64,000 bases of DNA from Fimbriosthenelais zetlandica (Eukaryota). The notes under the pieces were generated by a model. That model saw only the letters and a program-made list of their open reading frames with translations. It did not search any database and was not told the DNA's origin. Below are positions 62,901 to 64,000 of the stretch, one piece after another. The translations under genes and the position numbers were made by a program. Position 1 is the stretch's first letter, and each line of letters opens with the position of its first letter. The stretch covers positions 34,038,001 to 34,102,000 of the forward strand of contig OZ365110.1 in the NCBI GenBank assembly GCA_977030845.1, given 5' to 3'.

Positions 62901-63863
62901 TTATAAAAATTTGAAATGAAATTTTCAGAGGGTTAATTAGCTCATTGTAATTGGGATGCCTAATTATTAACCAATCTGTCCTGTTTTATTCCATGATTGT
63001 TGGTGACCAGGCGGTTTCGTTTTGAATCTGAGCTATCAAGTACAGCCTGGCAGATTAAGTGGGAAGAGGTAAGCTTTAACCGAGCCATGAGTATTGGTGG
63101 TTCTACCTCCCGTCTCTCACTCCAACCTTCCACACAACGTTCAAAGGTAAGTAGACTGCCTATACCGACTACCACCCAGGTTAATGTTAGTACCTTTCCA
63201 CAGGCTTCTCAAATTTGCACTTAGAGACCTCGGTCCCAGGTCTCAAATGCACTTTGGCCCTACCTCTGACGTCACTGGATGAATCTCAAATGCATTTTGG
63301 CCCTACCTCTGACGTCACTGGATGAATCTCAAATGCATTTTGGCCCTACCTGTGACGTCACTGGATGAATCTCAAATGCATTTTGGCCCTACCTCTGACG
63401 TCACTGGATGAATCTCAAATACATTTTGGCCCTACCTCTGACGTCACTGGATGAATCTCAAATACATTTTGGCCCTACCTCTGACGTCACTGGACGAATC
63501 TCAAATACGTTTTGGCCCTACCTCTGACGTCACTGGCTGAATCTAATGAACTTGTTCAGACAGAGAAATGAGAAGGATAGAGAGGGGTTCGAACCCAGGA
63601 ATTTGAGCTCTAAAAGGTTTTTCTACTAGTCTACAGTAGTCAGATTGTTGACATAAGCCTGTTTTGAGATAGGTATTGTTTAATATATAATATATTTTAA
63701 TATTTAATTTTGTTAAAATTTAATTTGACAGGAAGACGAGGAAGAGGTGAAGGGGCAGATCTACACGACCGTGGGCATGTACAAGGGCACGTTGATCGCT
63801 ATCAGAAAGATTCAAACCACCAAGTTTGAAATCAGCAGACCGGTCCTCCTTGAACTCAAAATG
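56979..63863 (+). CDS. Receptor-type guanylyl cyclase (NPR-A/B-like); 3' part lies outside the window
   Basis: Exons 56979-57095, 58628-58760, 59433-59618, 60104-60316, 60724-60870, 61097-61245, 61453-61588, 61992-62086, 62508-62646, 62799-62877, 63011-63146, 63732-63863. Signal peptide, then ANF-receptor ectodomain (LIGPGCS, FHDSVIYLAMALNRT, GDVYIDEIGDRIADYSLLDM, IHWPG..PPPDIPKCGF), TM helix, ESELSSTAWQIKWEEV, and the start of a kinase-homology domain (GMYKGTLIAIRKI). The cyclase domain is not in the window. Confidence 0.88.
57697..57827. mobile_element. Kolobok-type MITE (131 bp)
   Basis: TTAA|AGGGGCACTATCACGGAGGC ... GCCTCCATGATAGTGCCCCT|TTAA: 20-bp TIR with one mismatch, TTAA TSD and purine-purine start, which fits Kolobok rather than piggyBac. 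Confidence 0.85.
58970..59043 (+). tRNA. trnN-GTT: tRNA-Asn (GTT), intact copy
   Basis: 74 nt with a full cloverleaf: acceptor GTCTCTG/CAGGGAC, anticodon arm TTAGA-CTGTTAA-TCTAA, T arm GGTGG-TTCGAGC-CCACC. A TTTT terminator follows. Confidence 0.92.
59112..59185 (+). tRNA. trnN-GTT: tRNA-Asn (GTT), slightly degenerate copy (possible pseudogene)
   Basis: Same sequence but with an A7-C mismatch in the acceptor stem and G18 changed to T in the D loop. Confidence 0.65.
59290..59363 (+). pseudogene. tRNA-Asn pseudogene
   Basis: T8 changed to G, broken D stem (GCTT), and anticodon-stem and variable-loop substitutions. The T arm is intact. Confidence 0.75.
59770..59980 (+). mobile_element. Decayed reverse-transcriptase fragment (non-LTR retrotransposon)
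   Basis: Broken frames read VDFKRAFDTL and GIPQGLILGPLL, matching RT motifs (lDfsKAFDtv, GvPQGsvLgPlL). Confidence 0.7.
61839..61896. repeat. Perfect 18-bp inverted repeat with a 22-nt loop (probably a MITE core)
   Basis: GCGACACTACTGCGACAA ... TTGTCGCAGTAGTGTCGC. Confidence 0.8.
63241..63543. repeat. 43-bp minisatellite x7, each unit containing a CRE palindrome
   Basis: Unit TCTCAAATGCATTTTGGCCCTACCTCTGACGTCACTGGATGAA starts at 63241, 63284, 63327, 63370, 63413, 63456 and 63499. There are no unique spacers. Confidence 0.95.
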
Positions 63864-64000
63864 GTAGGCCCTACAGAGATTTGCCTTCAAACACATTATA
63901 AGAACTAAAGTTTACAATCTCGGTTTTGCTTGTGTTTCATGTGGAGGGATAAAATGTATATATATATATTGTGGTCGAAGTGACCAAGTCCTTAAGGCCG

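Noticed and set aside
63241-63543. CRISPR-like array
   Set aside because: Units are contiguous and near-identical with no unique spacers, the context is eukaryotic intron, and no cas genes are present.
56979-63863. Calling the cyclase a sperm chemoattractant (speract/resact-type) receptor
   Set aside because: Proximity to THEG is suggestive, but the visible sequence only supports a generic NPR-like receptor cyclase. Phylogeny and expression data are required.

Overview
This is eukaryotic, AT-rich, intron-containing DNA from what looks like a non-vertebrate animal; the taxon cannot be determined from the sequence alone. Hand-splicing with GT/GC-AG sites and matching exon phases gives 12 protein-coding genes. 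In order: an ankyrin-repeat protein (-, runs off the left edge); a MUS81-family ERCC4 nuclease with an atypical SIM-rich/CUE-like C-terminus (+); a 115-aa type I membrane protein (-); an intronless Tret1/SLC2A8-like sugar porter (-); choline dehydrogenase (+); a KIAA1191/P33MONOX-like gene (-); an ARL10/ARL9-like GTPase (+); HIGD2A (-); NOP16 (+); a 167-aa very basic protein with repeated YNLR-type motifs (-); a THEG/SPMAP2-family sperm protein (+); and an NPR-type receptor guanylyl cyclase (+, runs off the right edge). Also present are an intronic tRNA-Asn array, many MITEs, two LINE fragments and several minisatellites. The most interesting signals are: (1) a candidate multivalent nucleosome acidic-patch-binding basic protein head-to-head with THEG; (2) a MUS81-like nuclease that appears to lack the (HhH)2 dimerisation domain and carries SIM-like motifs plus a CUE-like domain instead; (3) a KIAA1191-ARL10-HIGD2A/NOP16 block matching human 5q35; (4) repeated short duplications anchored on splice sites and stop codons. 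All gene models and family calls come from manual reading and remembered family motifs. No database search was run.
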